64,000 bases of DNA from Botryllus schlosseri (taxonomy: Eukaryota). Below, in pieces: positions 46,151 through 61,100 of the stretch. The stretch is from the NCBI GenBank assembly GCA_051294905.1, contig CM119384.1:6696001-6760000 (forward strand), read 5' to 3'. The first letter of the stretch is position 1. Each line of letters opens with the position of its first letter. Under the pieces are notes generated by a model, which did not search any database, had not been told where the DNA came from, and was given only the letters and a program-made list of their open reading frames with translations. Position numbers and translations under genes: made by a program.

Positions 46151-49100
46151 ATGAAGAAATCGCAGACAACGCGTTTGATCCTATGTGCCGCATGCCTGTT
46201 ACTTTATAGCGTCCATGCAACAAGGATGACTAAAGGTAAGCGCCAATATTTGGTAAATGGAATATGCATATTCCAGTCTCGGTCGTGCTTAAGAATATAA
46301 AATAGACACTTGAGTTTTGCTAGAATTCTCGATAATATGTGGTTGTGGTACAATTTCTGTCATATAATAGTTAACTAAATTACAACTCCCTGGGGAGTTA
46401 CTGGTTTTACAAGAGAACGGGGTGTAGTGGATTAAAATCGCTTGTTGATTGCGTGGGACTTATAATCAAAAATTATGGGACCATATCCGAAAAAAGTGTT
46501 GTTGATACCACCACGGCACCACCGACTGCACTGCACTGCACTGTACTTGAAATGAACATTCATTCCTCGATCACTTCCATCAGAGTATCAACATTTCTAT
46601 ATTGAAGTACATTTATGAGAACAAGTCATTAAGCCTGACAACTTCCATCGGTGACATTCGTGTGAATATTCGATAATTACCCGTCTTCTGTTTTGTGAAA
46701 TAATGTCCCCTAGGTTTTGATGGATGGCACTCTAATTGCCAACGCTCGTGTATTTCCGTAATTTCCGCTGTAATGATAACCATGAAAAGCGCATCCAGCA
46801 ATCTATTTTGGTCCTTTGAACTTGTGGTAGCCTTTTCGCGATGAATAGTCACGTACAGCAGTTCAGTATCTGTCGGTGTGTTTTGCTGCAGCTCTCTGCA
46901 TGGGAGGTCGGTAACGAAGGACTTCTTTTTTTGGAGTACTCAAGTAGTCTTTAGCAACTTGCACTACTCAACATACGTGTTTTCGTTCTTCGGCTCCCGC
47001 CTACTTAGACATTTTTGTCAAAACTAAATAATTTTATGCATCGCGATAAATTGCTATCGTTTCGAAAATTCACACCTATATTTCTAGCGTCATTATTGAT
47101 TTTGCGTTGGGAGCGAAGAAGCACCCTACAATTTTTGACGCGACCTCTGACTGCTAAAAGCATATATATGATCCCCATGTAGCTATTCTACTTTTAATTG
47201 AGTAGAAATTTATTACGTTAGTTCTACTTCTACTTGAGTGTCAACGCTGGCTGCTTTGACCTCATCTGATCTTCTGTAGATTGCATTATCGACGATATTA
47301 TGCACGATCTAAGATCGTGAATTCTGAAAACAAAATCTTTTATTAACTCCTCGTATAGTTTCAGTCCTTCCAACATCTGTTTTTATACGCGATTGCTCGC
47401 TATTGGCAATCCGAGCATCATGTTTGGGATTGAATGATGCTTTTAAATTATATTACAACTTTGTAATCAAACTTTTATCGCACTGTCAACTTTCACGATC
47501 ACACAATGCGTCACGTCAATTTTAACAGTAATCTCTCTAATTAAGTAGACCCATACATATCATTGTGGGTCTTTTATTCGTCTGATTCGCTTGATACAAT
47601 GGTACTTGCCCGGTGTCATTCAATGCCATACAATACAAGGACTAACGCAGAGCCACGTATGTGGTCACATCCCGCATAGAATTATCCACAATAAGATTTA
47701 GAATGGAGTCGTTGCAAACGGTTCCATACCAATACCGGGAAAACTATTACCGAGACTGGACATTACCGAGAATGGACATTGGACACCACACACAAAAAAA
47801 TCTGGTAGATTTACAAAGAAATTTCTGTAAATTTTACAACGAATTACCGGTCGCAGCCAATAGGGTCCATCAAACCACTAGGTGTCGCCAGACTTTAGGT
47901 GGTAACCGCCGTTGTTACGTACGCGGTTGCCGTTATCAGAAACCTATAGGTGACTTTCTCGATTGTGTAAGGGTATTTTATATGGAAATAATGGCTACAA
48001 CATATTCTACGTGGACCGTGAGCTCGCTATAATATGAACTAAAACTTCGAAAACTTCAGGTGCTGAGCTGGTAGCCGACATTTAGTTGACAATTTCACAT
48101 TCTCACCTAGTTATCAAATCGGCCTTATTTCCTTCCGTAGAAGCTTTCCGCAGTTTTAGTTCATTTTATAGCGAGTTCACGGTCCCCGTAGAATATGTTG
48201 TCGCCATTTTTTCCATATAAAATACCCTTACACAATCGAGAAAGTAACCTACAGGTTTCTGAATACGGCAACCGCATACGTAACAAAGGCGGTTACCACC
48301 TAAAGTCTGGCGACATCCAGTGGTTTGATGGACCCTATAGCAGCGTGTAGCTTGTCATTTTACATTTTGATATGTAATATTACATTAATTTAGCTGCTAA
48401 GTCAAGTTACCAGAATTTCTTCGCAAGGTTACTGACAGTTACTCGCTACGGCATTTTACCAAGCTATTGGTAAAATTGATAAGCTTCCAAGCCCCAGCAA
48501 CCAGTGGATACGTGGAAGTGCATGTCACTGTGATATCATTCTCGTTGCGATTTGACCTGATTCAACCTCGTTCGCGAGACAGGATTAGGTCACACGGAAC
48601 TGGTTGACCCTAGTACCAATTTCGGTATAGTGCATAGTTGGGTGCAAGAAGCAGCTGACAATGTAGTTACACCATATACATTATATTATAAGGCTATGGC
48701 TACACGGTCGCTCTCAGCGGTTAGATTTGTTGTAACAGATAGGGCTAATGAGTAACAAAAATCAGTTTAGGATATATAATCTTATTCCTGAAACTAGAAA
48801 TATCAGCACAGCAGCAGGCTCAGTTGACCATTTCTTAATGGCGGACACGGGGACCTATAATAGGTTACCTTAGGTTGCGCGTTGCAGGTTTTTCTGAGAT
48901 TCGTAGTAAACAACCAACAATCAACTGTGACATCACAAATAGCGTCCGGTTAGGTAAGTAAGTAGGGAACCACACGTGGAGCAATAAATATCAATATATA
49001 CGAAATTAGATGCAAAAGAAAGGGACTATAGGTGTTGATAGATGTTTCTGTATGAAAAACCAAACTGGATTGAACATTATAACGTGGACAGTAAATATTA

Positions 49101-52100
49101 TTGGTGGCATATGTGAGCGGATGAATATCACTTATTTCAAAGTCGTCTGCGTGTCGAGCCGAGTAGCCGACTGCTCGGCCATTAATATTGAGCTTTGGAC
49201 ATGCAAAGGCTGGCGGTGCGAAGCTTGTGACTTGTGATTGAAGAAAGTAGAGACTTTCGTTGAAGATTCTTAGGACTGATGAATGGGATACGCATCGTAA
49301 AAGGTACAGTAGCCTACTGTATAGTATTAGTTACCGTGAATATCTACGACTGTGCACACCACCTGGTTCGGTTCTGTTTTGGGATATTAGTCGACTTGTA
49401 TAATGGACCTGCGACACCACATACTCTGCCGCGGAGTAGTTGAAACTGTTAGCTTGTTATTGACATTTATCGGGTCATAGCTTAGATATGTTTTCATCCA
49501 CTGCTCGATGTTTGGCTCACATGCCGCATCAAATGAGGCACCTTTTCTTTCAATACATTGATCATTCAAGTCATGAATCTCTGCTATATCATGTCAAATG
49601 AGAAGTCATCAACTCACAATGTACCAGTACCGGTACTTCAAAACTTGTTATATTTTTGTTAGCCTATTTGTCTTGGTCTTTATAAGTCATGTCTAGGTTA
49701 TCAACTTGGCTTAGTATAGCGACTTACGCATGAATTATTTTTAGTGGAACTGCAAGATACTAGTCACACAGAAGGAATGAAGACGAGACAAAGAAACAAT
49801 TGGAAGTTTATCCGGCGTTGGAATTAATTCACCTTTTCTTGGGACCACTCGTGCTATATTTGCATGCCTCCTAAACAACCTCCAGCAGCAATACTTTTTC
49901 ATCGTGAATCATGAATGAATAAACAGTTGTCCTAATGTCGTCTTGAGAGCGTGAAGAAACTTTTGCGGTATTTTGGCATCGCGTTGCTTTGGGATAGGTA
50001 TGGATGTAGGCTGAGACGTGAATTTACAAGCTGGCGTGTAATCTGATTTACAAGGACAGCATGTAGGGTTGTAGGTAGGTAGGTAGGTAAGGCGGTAAAA
50101 TTACAGTCTCGGTGGTAAATGTACACAGAAGAAAATGTAGATTGAATATACCAGAGGTGACTAACATTACAGTCTGGCATGTAAAGTTAGATTACCGGAC
50201 GGTTGTAAGTTGAATTTACATTGAGTGACGGTAATGTTATATTACTGCCAAGTGGCTGGCCACCCTGCTTCCAGACATTTCGCGGTAAATCGAGGTAAAT
50301 TTTTTTTTCAGTGCACAGAGAATGGACATTACCGAGAATGGACACCACCGAGAATGAACATTTCGTTCATACTTCTACCATATAATAAGTTATATAGTCG
50401 AGGGCTCGATTGAATTATGTAGGAAAAGGTACTGGTATCGATCTAGGCCGATGTTTTCACCCATTTTTGGTTAGAGGATGCAATCATCCGAGGATATTTC
50501 ACAAACATATTTGATGCAAACTGCAGGATATGGCAAGAAAAATAAACGTGACATTTAGGCTACTATCAGCTATAGGTCCAATGCCCCATTCAGCTTATCC
50601 AGTGTAACCTGAAACTCTTCGCCCGATAATTTAGATCAAGATGAAGATCTTAGGGATAGCAGGCCAAATGGTGAAGATTTTAAAATCGAAGTTGATTCAG
50701 AACGTATAGAGTAGTCCATCAACACGAGTTATTGATCTGACATAAGCTTTGGGACTTGGAATAGAAATCTTCGTGACTTTTAACATCCTTATGGAGCAGA
50801 GGTCTCAAACTCAAATGTGCTTGCGGGCCATTTTCCAGTTTTGACGGCGCCGCGGGCCGCAGCATTTATAGGGGTATTCTATGTCTTTTCAAGTAGGCCT
50901 TATTTGGCGGGAATGAATTTTCCTACTGAAAGTTAGTCGATCCAACATACTGACAGTAAACAAGCATCGTCAAAATGTGATTTACGTTTGTATCAATTTA
51001 GGCCTGGCACGAAAAATCACATTTATAACTATTTGAATATAATTGTTGTACTGGATATATATGAACTATAAGATATAGACACCATGATGGGCGGACAAAT
51101 GTATGATGCCATCATAAAAGCTATCAGGTTATAATTTTCAGCTACTATGAATATTTTGAATCCAACAAACTGATAATAGAGACTGATCTGATATCAAAAC
51201 ATTTTTAAGTCGAGCATTGTAATTCCAATCCAGGATTCGGGTATACTACTGATACGTAGGCTATTAATCTCATGGCTAAATATCTTCAAATATAGGAGCA
51301 GAAAAAATATAAATATAATATAAATATATTAATGAATGTGTCCTAGTGATTGAAATGTCGGAACGCCGAACACCCCATTGCTGTTACATCGTTGGAGCGT
51401 ACCACTACGGTAGCCTACTCGGTAGCTACTCGGTAGCCTACGCTAGCTTTAAGTGGCCGTAATAACATGGTTTAGCGACCAAATATGTAACTAACAGATT
51501 GCAAATGGTTGCCATAACTATACATGCTTAGTTAGCGAAATACCAAGCTGCGACCTTCTGATCTATTACTGATGCGCGATTAGTTTATTGCGTCAATGGT
51601 TCTAACAAATTTACGGCATTCCGAGTCACTTCAAGTCCACTCGAGTCATTATCATTTTGCCATAGAGTTGACCCGAGTCTGAGTAATTCTAAGAAAGGTC
51701 GCGTCCAAGTCCAACTCACAAATTTCAGTCTAGAATCGTCTAAGGGTCCGGTTTTGTCATCATGAATTGGAAATGTGGCAAATAGTGAATGTTCCACTGC
51801 ATGGTAGCGTTTGCAATTGATGTGATGGTGAAGTTTGATGAATAGTTTAAGGCTTTCGGAGCAGTTTAAGAGGGAATTTTCACTTTAAAACCTGAATAGA
51901 TATATGTGACACTTAAATTTTGTAGTGAAGTTTGATGAATAGTTTAAGGCTTTCGGCAATGAGGGAATTTTCACTTTAAAACCTGAAAAGATATATGTGA
52001 CACTTACATTTTGTCAAATTAATAAAAATCTAAAATGTCGTCGCGGGTCGCACAAAATGCTCTGGCGGGCCGCATGAGGCCCGCGGGCCGCGTGTTTGAT

Positions 52101-55100
52101 GTGGCAGCCGTGCTCTATACTGCCCCTTACGTCAGTTATAGTATCATCGCATCGTGCTTTCACTTCCTCTTTGGCTTCTGGGCGCTTCGGCGGACGGACG
52201 TATAATAATGTCTCTGCAGCAGTTGTAGAATCGTGTGTGATCAACTACAGACGGAGGTCTGTTACATTTGAGACCTCTGTTATGGAGTGAGAAAAGATTA
52301 CTTGGCAAGGTAGAAAAGGTATCTCACTTTTGAACAGGAGAAACAGCATTTTCTTCGTAGGCCTACTTTCGGTAGCTTTGTGTGTTACCGTGATATTGGC
52401 ATTGCCATGATACCGTTACAAGTCAAGTAAATGGCAAATGCCTATATGTAGCTCAAGAAGGATCCTAAAGTATGCCATTATCCAAAATAAAAAAAGTCAT
52501 GCAGTGCAGTAACAATTGCACACTCAGTTAGTCTTCGTGAATAATACAGAAATTGTTGCAATGTCACGAGAACGATTGGATCATATGTGTCTGCTTTGAA
52601 ATATTGTGTTTTCTGGTGCTCATGCAACCCTGGTGTCAATGCCATATATCTTTATGTCGGACAGCAGAAATTCAAAAAAGCTAATATATCTAAATAATTT
52701 CCCTAAAAACCTTCACATAGTCAGAGATGGACATGGCGAAAATGTCCCCAACATCCCCAAATTTATCATACCTCCGCCCAAGTGTTCGGAGTTAGCGGTA
52801 GATCAGTGATCGTAATTGTATACCGTTAAGTCATGTTCATGTCACACGAATAAGGCTATTTAGGAGCCGAAATGACGGTCCGCACTAGCAGGTAGCAAAT
52901 CAGGTAGTTTTCAACCTTTTATGGTCGCGGCTACATTTCCAATTTGAAAATGCTCCGACGCCCAGCTCAAAATTTGATAAGCTAATTACTAAAAAGGTCA
53001 GCACCTTTGCCCAGACTTATCCACGGTCTATTTTGGAAGCTGATTACGTTCAACGTCTTCTCGATCCACAGAATAAAGGCAAACGACCCCCAATTAGAAC
53101 CACTGTCCTTGACTGAAGCATCTAAACGTTATTAACCAACTCTAGGAATGTACTGTTATCTTATAATTGCGATTACAATGAGAATTATTTCAGTAAATGA
53201 TGGTTAATTTTATTTATTTTTGATTGTATTCATTGCTATGGCGGTGGACATCATATTAACTTCAATATATGTAACTCCAAATCGCACGCAGGCAGCTCAA
53301 GGAAAAATTTCAATTAACATACATCTGCTGAAAACTAATATTGTTTATGTTGATTTACCAAAGAATTTCTAGACTTCTTCAAGCTTTCAAAATTCCGGGC
53401 ATTCAGGCATATTTTAGAATTGCCATCCGGACGCAGATTGAACAGTAAAATCCCGGACATATCCGGGAAATTTCAGCTGTATGGCAAATTTAGTTTTCTC
53501 GGTATTGACCGGACACCGTTGCAACATACTAATAATATAATGACTCATTAGTTGAATTACCCCATTGCTTCATAGAACGAAAAGAGTGCATGGGCACAAA
53601 TGCGGGATTGTTTTATCCCATGGATCTCCTGCAACATTACTACGGACTTGTTAAAAAATACACCAAGTGCACGTACGTTGACGGAAACTTGGAAATTACT
53701 GGAATCCCAGAGAATATGAACATCTCGTTTGTGAAGGTATTATTTTGAAATGAAACAGCACGTAACCATTAAGCATTTAGGCTCGTTTTGCAAGAATTGT
53801 TGAAATAAAGGTTTTTGGCTTCTTTAGTAATATCTCCTCCTAATGGTATAATATGCATGGAGGAAAAGTGCTATGTTTTACGGTGCTTTTGGTAATATCC
53901 TAATATGTGAGCACAATCCTAAAAAGTATAATTACATACCTATTCAATTATCACCCCTTCTCATGTTGAAGCTCTTAAATATTCTGTGGGATATTCAGAG
54001 GGGGTCAGTAACGAAGTACTTCTACTTTTTCGTAGTAGTTTTCCTCTACCTCTGGTACTTACTCAAGTGGATCTGATTTTCGCTACTTCAACTTCTACTT
54101 CGTAATATTTTGTAATCTACTTACTTACTTTTTGCTATTTCCAGTTTGTCAAGTAAAAGTAGTTTAATCCTCCGATACGAAAAATAGTCTGAGGAATTTC
54201 GGGGCTGTTTTCACCGACTATCACCATTTAATCTTCATAAAACTTGAACAAAGTCCAGAATTTTCGTCGCGCTGCGCGCACAGTGGATATGGAGTGATCA
54301 ATATGATTTCACGAAAGTATCGGTGAATATAATTTAGGTAGCGGGTTGCGTGGTTCCGTTCACACAGCATTGTCGTCTATATGAAATATTTTATCACAGT
54401 ATATATGGCTCATCAAAACGTTTGAAACTGATGTGTCGCAATCTACCATTTACTTATCATATCATATCATGAGTAATCTAGCAATCTAGAAAATTGGATT
54501 CCGACTTTTTTAGTTTTAGACCTATTTTAGCATACCACCTTTGAAACTTTCTGGAATACATTTTCTGCTTTTAGAAGTAGTATTTATATTTCTCTTTCAA
54601 TTCCCAGAATCATTCCTTGGTCTGGAGAACATAACCTACTTGTTGAAGTATAAAAGCTAGTGTTGTTGGTTTGATTGAGTAATTCATGATTTTCTTTTTT
54701 TTTTGGGGGGGGGGGGGGCATTTTGTCGACTACTATGGTCATTTACACCAGGCCGATATCCTTCTTATTTTTCCGTAACTGCCGACTTATTGCACGGCTT
54801 TCTAGGCATTTTATAAGACACCCCCTTGCGCGTATGAGGTGGCGAGGAGGAGCCGATAGGTAAATCTCCAACACTTAATTATCGGAATTAGGAAGTCGAC
54901 CTCGGTCGGACCCGAACCCGCACCCATTGGTGTTGCAGTCGCGGATTATACCACTGCGCTATCTCGCCACCGATGGTATTCACGGTGTTTGTCGACTGCT
55001 ATGGTCATTTACACCAGGTCGACATTCTTCATTTATATTCCGTAACTGCCGACTTGTAGCACGCCCTACTTCTAGGCTTTTTATAAGACACCGCTTGCAC

Positions 55101-58100
55101 TGATGAGATGGTGAAGAGGAGCCTAGATCAACCTCCAACACATATGCAGGAATTCTGGAGTCGACCTCGGTCGGACTCGAACCCGCAACCCATTGGCGCT
55201 GCAGCCGTCACCTCACCCATTGGCACTCGTCACCTCAAGAAGCAAGTGTAGTAATGCCTATAATTCCGGAAATAAACCTACACAATATGGCATTTCTACG
55301 ATCCATCATATTTTCTATTAACGTTTACTAATCGAGCCAAGTGTTTATACCGTATCCGATACAACTTCTCGGGATTGCTCTCCGACTAACTATGGACCTT
55401 ATCATATGGGGGATGGCGCCATACAATTATATTTTCTAAAACGTGCTGTTCCAGTAAACAGAGGATTAGTATCGTATTTCCATATCAATACTATCATTTT
55501 CATCCCATCATGCTGACGAATGCTTATGCTGTCGAAAATTGGATACCTCCTGGTATGCATCAATATGGCACCGTTCGCATAGCTCAATTTGCAGCTTTTG
55601 ACAATACATGCGAACGAATTTCGATCGTTTTCACAACTACTTACTTACTTGAGTAGATTTAATGTCAATTCTACTTCTACTTCAAGTAGTTTTAGGTTCC
55701 TTATGGAAGAAGTACTTCTACTTGTACTTGAATATATTTTTTCGTCGCGACTTCTACTTTTACTTGAGTAGCTTTCTTGACTACTTTGATCACCTCTGGG
55801 GATATTTCGAATTCCCCTTTCTTGTTTTCGTTTGTAACGTAGTCGGATGTAATGTATGACAATCAATATCTCATAGTCATATCGATATTTACTACTTTAC
55901 TTCAAGTCACCATTGGTTTAAAAGATTACTGTGCCACAATGTATATTCAGCCACCATATATATGGTGGTATAAGATAGTTTGCTGCCGAATCTAGACGTG
56001 GCATTGCTGATATCCAACCTGAATCTACAGTACTGACCGGTTCCATGCATATTACAGGACATCGAAATCGTCACCGGATACGTAATCATATCGATGAACA
56101 AGGTCGACTACGTACCACTTGAAAACTTGATGATTATTCGCGGCCAAGAATTGTATCATGACAGGGACGCCCTTTACGTAACAGCAAATATCAATAGAGC
56201 TCTGCCGTTAGTTGGACTCAGAGCGATCGGGTGAGTAATCTTTCGGTTATTTTGTTCACTGTTAGTTTGACATATCGGTGCACTTGATTTGAGGGGACAT
56301 ACACTGTAATGATTTCTCTATTGCTACAAAATGAAATCGTGTCAATGAGAACACTTTCGAGTTCGACCCCATTCTCTTGCAGCCGTATTTTTAGTTATGA
56401 CTAAGCTTTACATTGACGGCATCGCGCGACATAGGTCATACTTTAGAAAATTGATTTCGGGGTTGAATGTACAGTTAGATTAAGGTACGTTATGCAGTTT
56501 TATCATATAGAATCAAACATAACATTACATTTTACATGCTATATCAATGATTTGTGCTTCTCGTAGACATATCTCGGTCATGCAGGCTGAAATGAAACGA
56601 AATTAACTGAAACAATATATCTAACTTATCCAAAAGATATATACAGCGTATAAATTCATGAGTGGAAAATAAAATAAGTGTATTTACCAGATCTCCGCCA
56701 TAGCGTGGGGTATTAATCCGCACTTTCTGGTGTCCAATGGGTAAAAACGAGTCTATTACACCAATCCTTATTGCAGCGGTTCTCAAACTTTTTTTATGAA
56801 AAATTTCGAGCCCACCCTTATCGACATATCACAAAATGCAAATATAATACTAGCAATCCCAACGGATGGTTTGATGGCATGGAAAGTGATGGCTGTTGAT
56901 GAGAGAATTCTCAAATATTAAATTACGACTATACACAGAGTAATAACTAGCTATGAATGGGAGAATTGAAAAAAAATGCCCAGTTGACCGCAGCTTTGCG
57001 CCCCCTTCAGATGCTCTCACGCCATCCAGTTTGAGAACCACAGCCACTGAGATATATCCCAGTGTGTACTGGGTTCTGCTTATGTGTACCACCTTTTTGG
57101 GAGTACTTCAGGTGGTCGCAAAAGAATCCACCACACCCCCGGGATATATCTCAACAAGAATGGGTGAATTTGAGGCGTTATCACCCATTGGAATAGATGT
57201 GAAAGCAAAATTCGATGCCGGGAAGTGCTGATGACCTGATTTGCACGCTATGGTATAAGAATTTACGTAATACACTTATTCTACACACATGTATTTCGCA
57301 TAATTTGGTACCAGAAATTGCTATTTACGCGATTCACACCCTACGCTATGGTGGAAATCCGCGACTACACGATTTTCGTTCACAGTTTAGCGCAGGGGTC
57401 ACCAACCTTTTTGAAATTAAGAGCTACTTCTTGGGTACTGATTAATGCGACGGGCTACCACTTACTCCCGTCGTTTATCCGCGCAAAGTTTGATTTCTTC
57501 ACCTATAGACATTCAGAGCACTCGGCAGGGTTTCCGCCCCTTACCATGAACAGAAAACTCTCACTCACCGGGACTTACACCAGCGTATCCGGGCGCCGTT
57601 CAGCAATCTCTGCGTCAAGACTAGGGAATATTAACTTAGGGTTACCATACGTCCTCTTCCTCTTTTAGGAGGATTTGTCCTTTTTTTTGAGGAAATTAAA
57701 CATGTCCTGCGAGGACGCCTAAATGTCCTTCTTTTGTGCAATTCGTCCTCCTTTAGAGCTTTTACAGCTAGGGTAATGGACAGGGTCAAGTGAAAATCGA
57801 CATAAATGACATGAAATAAGAGGTAATGTGGACGTTCTAGCGGGTCATTCGGGAGTCGAATGAAAGTGATTACCTTTTTTCAGTAAACACCACAGAAGTA
57901 ACGTAAAAGTGGGTAATTCAGGAATCGAGTCAAAGTAATGACCCTTTTTTTGAGTCAACACACCAAGATTACCAGTAGATATTTCAGAATCAGCTGTTTT
58001 CAATTTCGATCAATAAACTTTTATAATTTGGTAAAAATGTCCTCCTTTGCCGATTCCAAAATATGGTAACTCTAGTTAACATATTTTGATTGATATTTTC

Positions 58101-61100
58101 GGAATCAATGCGATAGTAGCTATCGATCAAGACCAGATTCAGTAAATTCTGAGCTCTGGAAGACAACTTTTGGATTGCCAGAAATCCTACAGTAGCTGCC
58201 GTCAAATAAGTCTGAGTAAAGCTTCAGCGAAGGGGAACGAAGCTGCAAAATCAGTCGTTGCCATTCCATATTTACATTTTATGTTTACATTCCATGTTTA
58301 CATTCTATAGTTTATACACTATACCAGTGGTTCTCAACCGGTGTGCCATTTACGTCTCGCAAGTGTGTCGCGAGAGATTCTAAATTTTGAAATTATGTGC
58401 TAAATAATTCTAGTCTATAGCAGACGATCAATACTAAATCAAACTCGATTTGAAGTTTGCTCATATGACAAATCAAAATTGCTGTCATGCCATCGCGTGC
58501 TTTAAAGGCTGAATTCAGTTTTACACAGCACAATGATTGATGGCAGAGAAGAGCAGACATGGCGGCGCCTGTGTGACTATGCAGTATTCTGGCAGTTTAC
58601 AGATGCCGTAAGTTGAAAAATGTAGCGAACTACTGTGCTAGTGTGCCGCGAACTATTTTTCATTTTCGAAGGGTGCCTCGATGTCAAAAAGGTTGAGAAC
58701 CACTGGACTATACAGTCATGTCCGCATGAGGGACTTGATGCCGCTTTCGTAATTTTAACATCTTTCCGTCATTCGTATTACTACGCCACTGTGGAATGGT
58801 CGCATAGTTGACATTTTCCATACCTTGTCCTACCGTTAATTCGATATAATACGCATGCTGCTAATTGTATGATACAAAAGTAAATGGGGTTTGCGCATAG
58901 CAAAATATTTGCATTCCATCCACGGCCTGTACCAGGGCTACTACACTGGCGGACCTTTTCGGTCTTGGATCCGGACCTTATCTGTCTCAGTATTTCATTA
59001 GTTCCATTATTGTTGATTTGACCAACCGAACAATAAATGTATATCGGTTGTTGCTTTTGGTAATACCGCTGACCCGGATTTTATGTATAGTTTCACCGTA
59101 TAACATTTGTATGACATGTACGTACATGTACATTATTTCACGAGAGTTATAACGGACTCATCCAAATTTTAAACTTCTATAGATGGACGTTTGCTAAATA
59201 TAGTTGAGTAGTATTCCTGGCTTATAACATAGCACACCACTCGTTGTTCCATCTCCTTCTAGATTCGCGCGAAAATATTAAAAGTATCATTTTTTCCCAG
59301 GCTCAAGTCTTTGACTGAAATTCAACGCGGAAACATCCACTTCACCGAGAACCATTTTATCTGTTACGTCGACACGATCAACTGGTCGGACATCATCAAT
59401 CCGACCGCAAAAGAAAAGGATGGATGGTCCGTGTATATTAACAACACAAGAGATCCGGCCATAACCTGTGAGTACCTTCTCGGGGAACCATAATGGAATA
59501 GCTGAAAGTCCAATTTAGGTATTGACTGTTCAAGTTTCGCTTCGTATTCGCAATTGAGTCAAGATGCGTAATGTGACATTTCGCAGGATGCAGATATTAT
59601 AAGTCGCTTCGCGGTCACTTGGTTTTGTCGTTTGTACAACTTTCCATTCGAACTCTTGGTACATCAAAGCACGGGTTAATGTTCTTCGTTGGTGGCGTGC
59701 GTTTTAGAGTTAAGGGTTGGAGGCAGAGAAACAAATGAGGGATTTGTTCTACCGATTCGATATTTTCATATTGTGAAATAGTATTGTTACCGGTCAAAGG
59801 AGATTGTAACCATGACGTGTAGAAGATTGTTGCAAACAATTTTGTAGATATTTTCGGAGATTAGGACATTCCGTATCGAATCGCCTTATATAGGTATCAT
59901 TCTTGATAGGGAATCACCATTGACTGATAACGAGGCTTGAAATGTAACCTGTTGAACTTCCTAGAGACACGTATACCTGTACTCACTACTCAGTGCTCTT
60001 ACAAACTCGCAAGCTTACTGGTGATTGTGACACATGAAGCAAAGCAGTGTTTTCTGCAATAGACCCAAACCCCCTTAAGTATGAATAAAACATTATAGCG
60101 ATTACAATAATCTTGCGGTAGGATCTAAGATTATCAACGCAAACTGGTTTTGAGTGCTATAAAAAATTAGAATTTTTCAACCATTTTCTCTATGGTCAAT
60201 ATCAATCACTACACTCATAAATACAATGCGAATCAATCAGTTGCTGAGCAGAATTGGACCAGTAATAAATGATTTCCTTGCTTGAGTAGCCCGGTGCATG
60301 TGTCGGTTGACGAGTTCGACATGTCAGATTGTGGTGCGATAATCCTGAGGGCAGACTAGCATTGATCCAGTAGAAATTGCTTGCATTTCGATTTGAATGT
60401 GGACATGCTCGACGACTGTCGGATAGCTGGCGAGATGCTGTTCCACAATACCGGTCCGGCATAATTGATAGAGCGCTGCGTTTGACTCAATACGATGAAT
60501 GTAATTTCGGAAATGCATCTTCCAATATCTGGTTCGTTACATCTCATTTGAATATGCAAGACCCATGTTTACCACTCAAGGAATATTAATTCGGGAATAA
60601 ACCTACCATAGGTGTGGTTCTGTCTCTGATACAAGTTTCGACCAATGTCGATTTCTTCTAAACGGAAAAGGTAACCGAAAGGCACCCATTTTATGATTTC
60701 ACGGCGACTCTGCCCTAAAGTGATCAAAGAGTAACATAAGCCTTTTGTATTTTTGCACTGATGTCTCCCGTATAGTATTCTAGATTGATTCCAATGCGAG
60801 GTCGGTCAAATCTGTATCTATCTTATCTTATCTTGTGCGTCGGTTGGCCAGGCCAGCTGTGTCCTCTAAATTATCAATATCCACTGTAAGCGATGCATAC
60901 TAGTCAGCCTTCAGGTTTACAGGACCACGATCTAACATCGACCTCGCCTTCCGCCACATGCCACCTCATTTTGTCGCTTGCGTCTTATATTCTCTGCTTT
61001 ACTTTTCATTTAGTGTGCATGCCTCTTCTCTACTTCACCTAGGCAAAGGTGGGTGTCTGATCTTAAATACTACTCCAAGTTGTTTCGACACATTCCTATC

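Larger units (their letters stand above)
53996..55798. mobile_element. Non-autonomous hAT element with TACTT-rich subtermini, containing tandem SINEs
   Basis: Ends CAGAGG/CCTCTG; perfect TSD GGGATATT; CTACTT/TACTTGAGTA repeats at both ends. Confidence 0.85.

Noticed and set aside
56953-57231. ORF containing KESTTPPG, resembling the ERp44 tail
   Set aside because: Short chance match; no PSE/RYT/RDEL, and it lies in an EGFR intron overlapping a decayed MITE.
57390-57760. Isolated hAT-like left ends (CAGGGGTCACCAAC, TAGGGTTACCATAC); also a lone right end at 45935
   Set aside because: No matching opposite TIR or TSD found, so boundaries cannot be supported.
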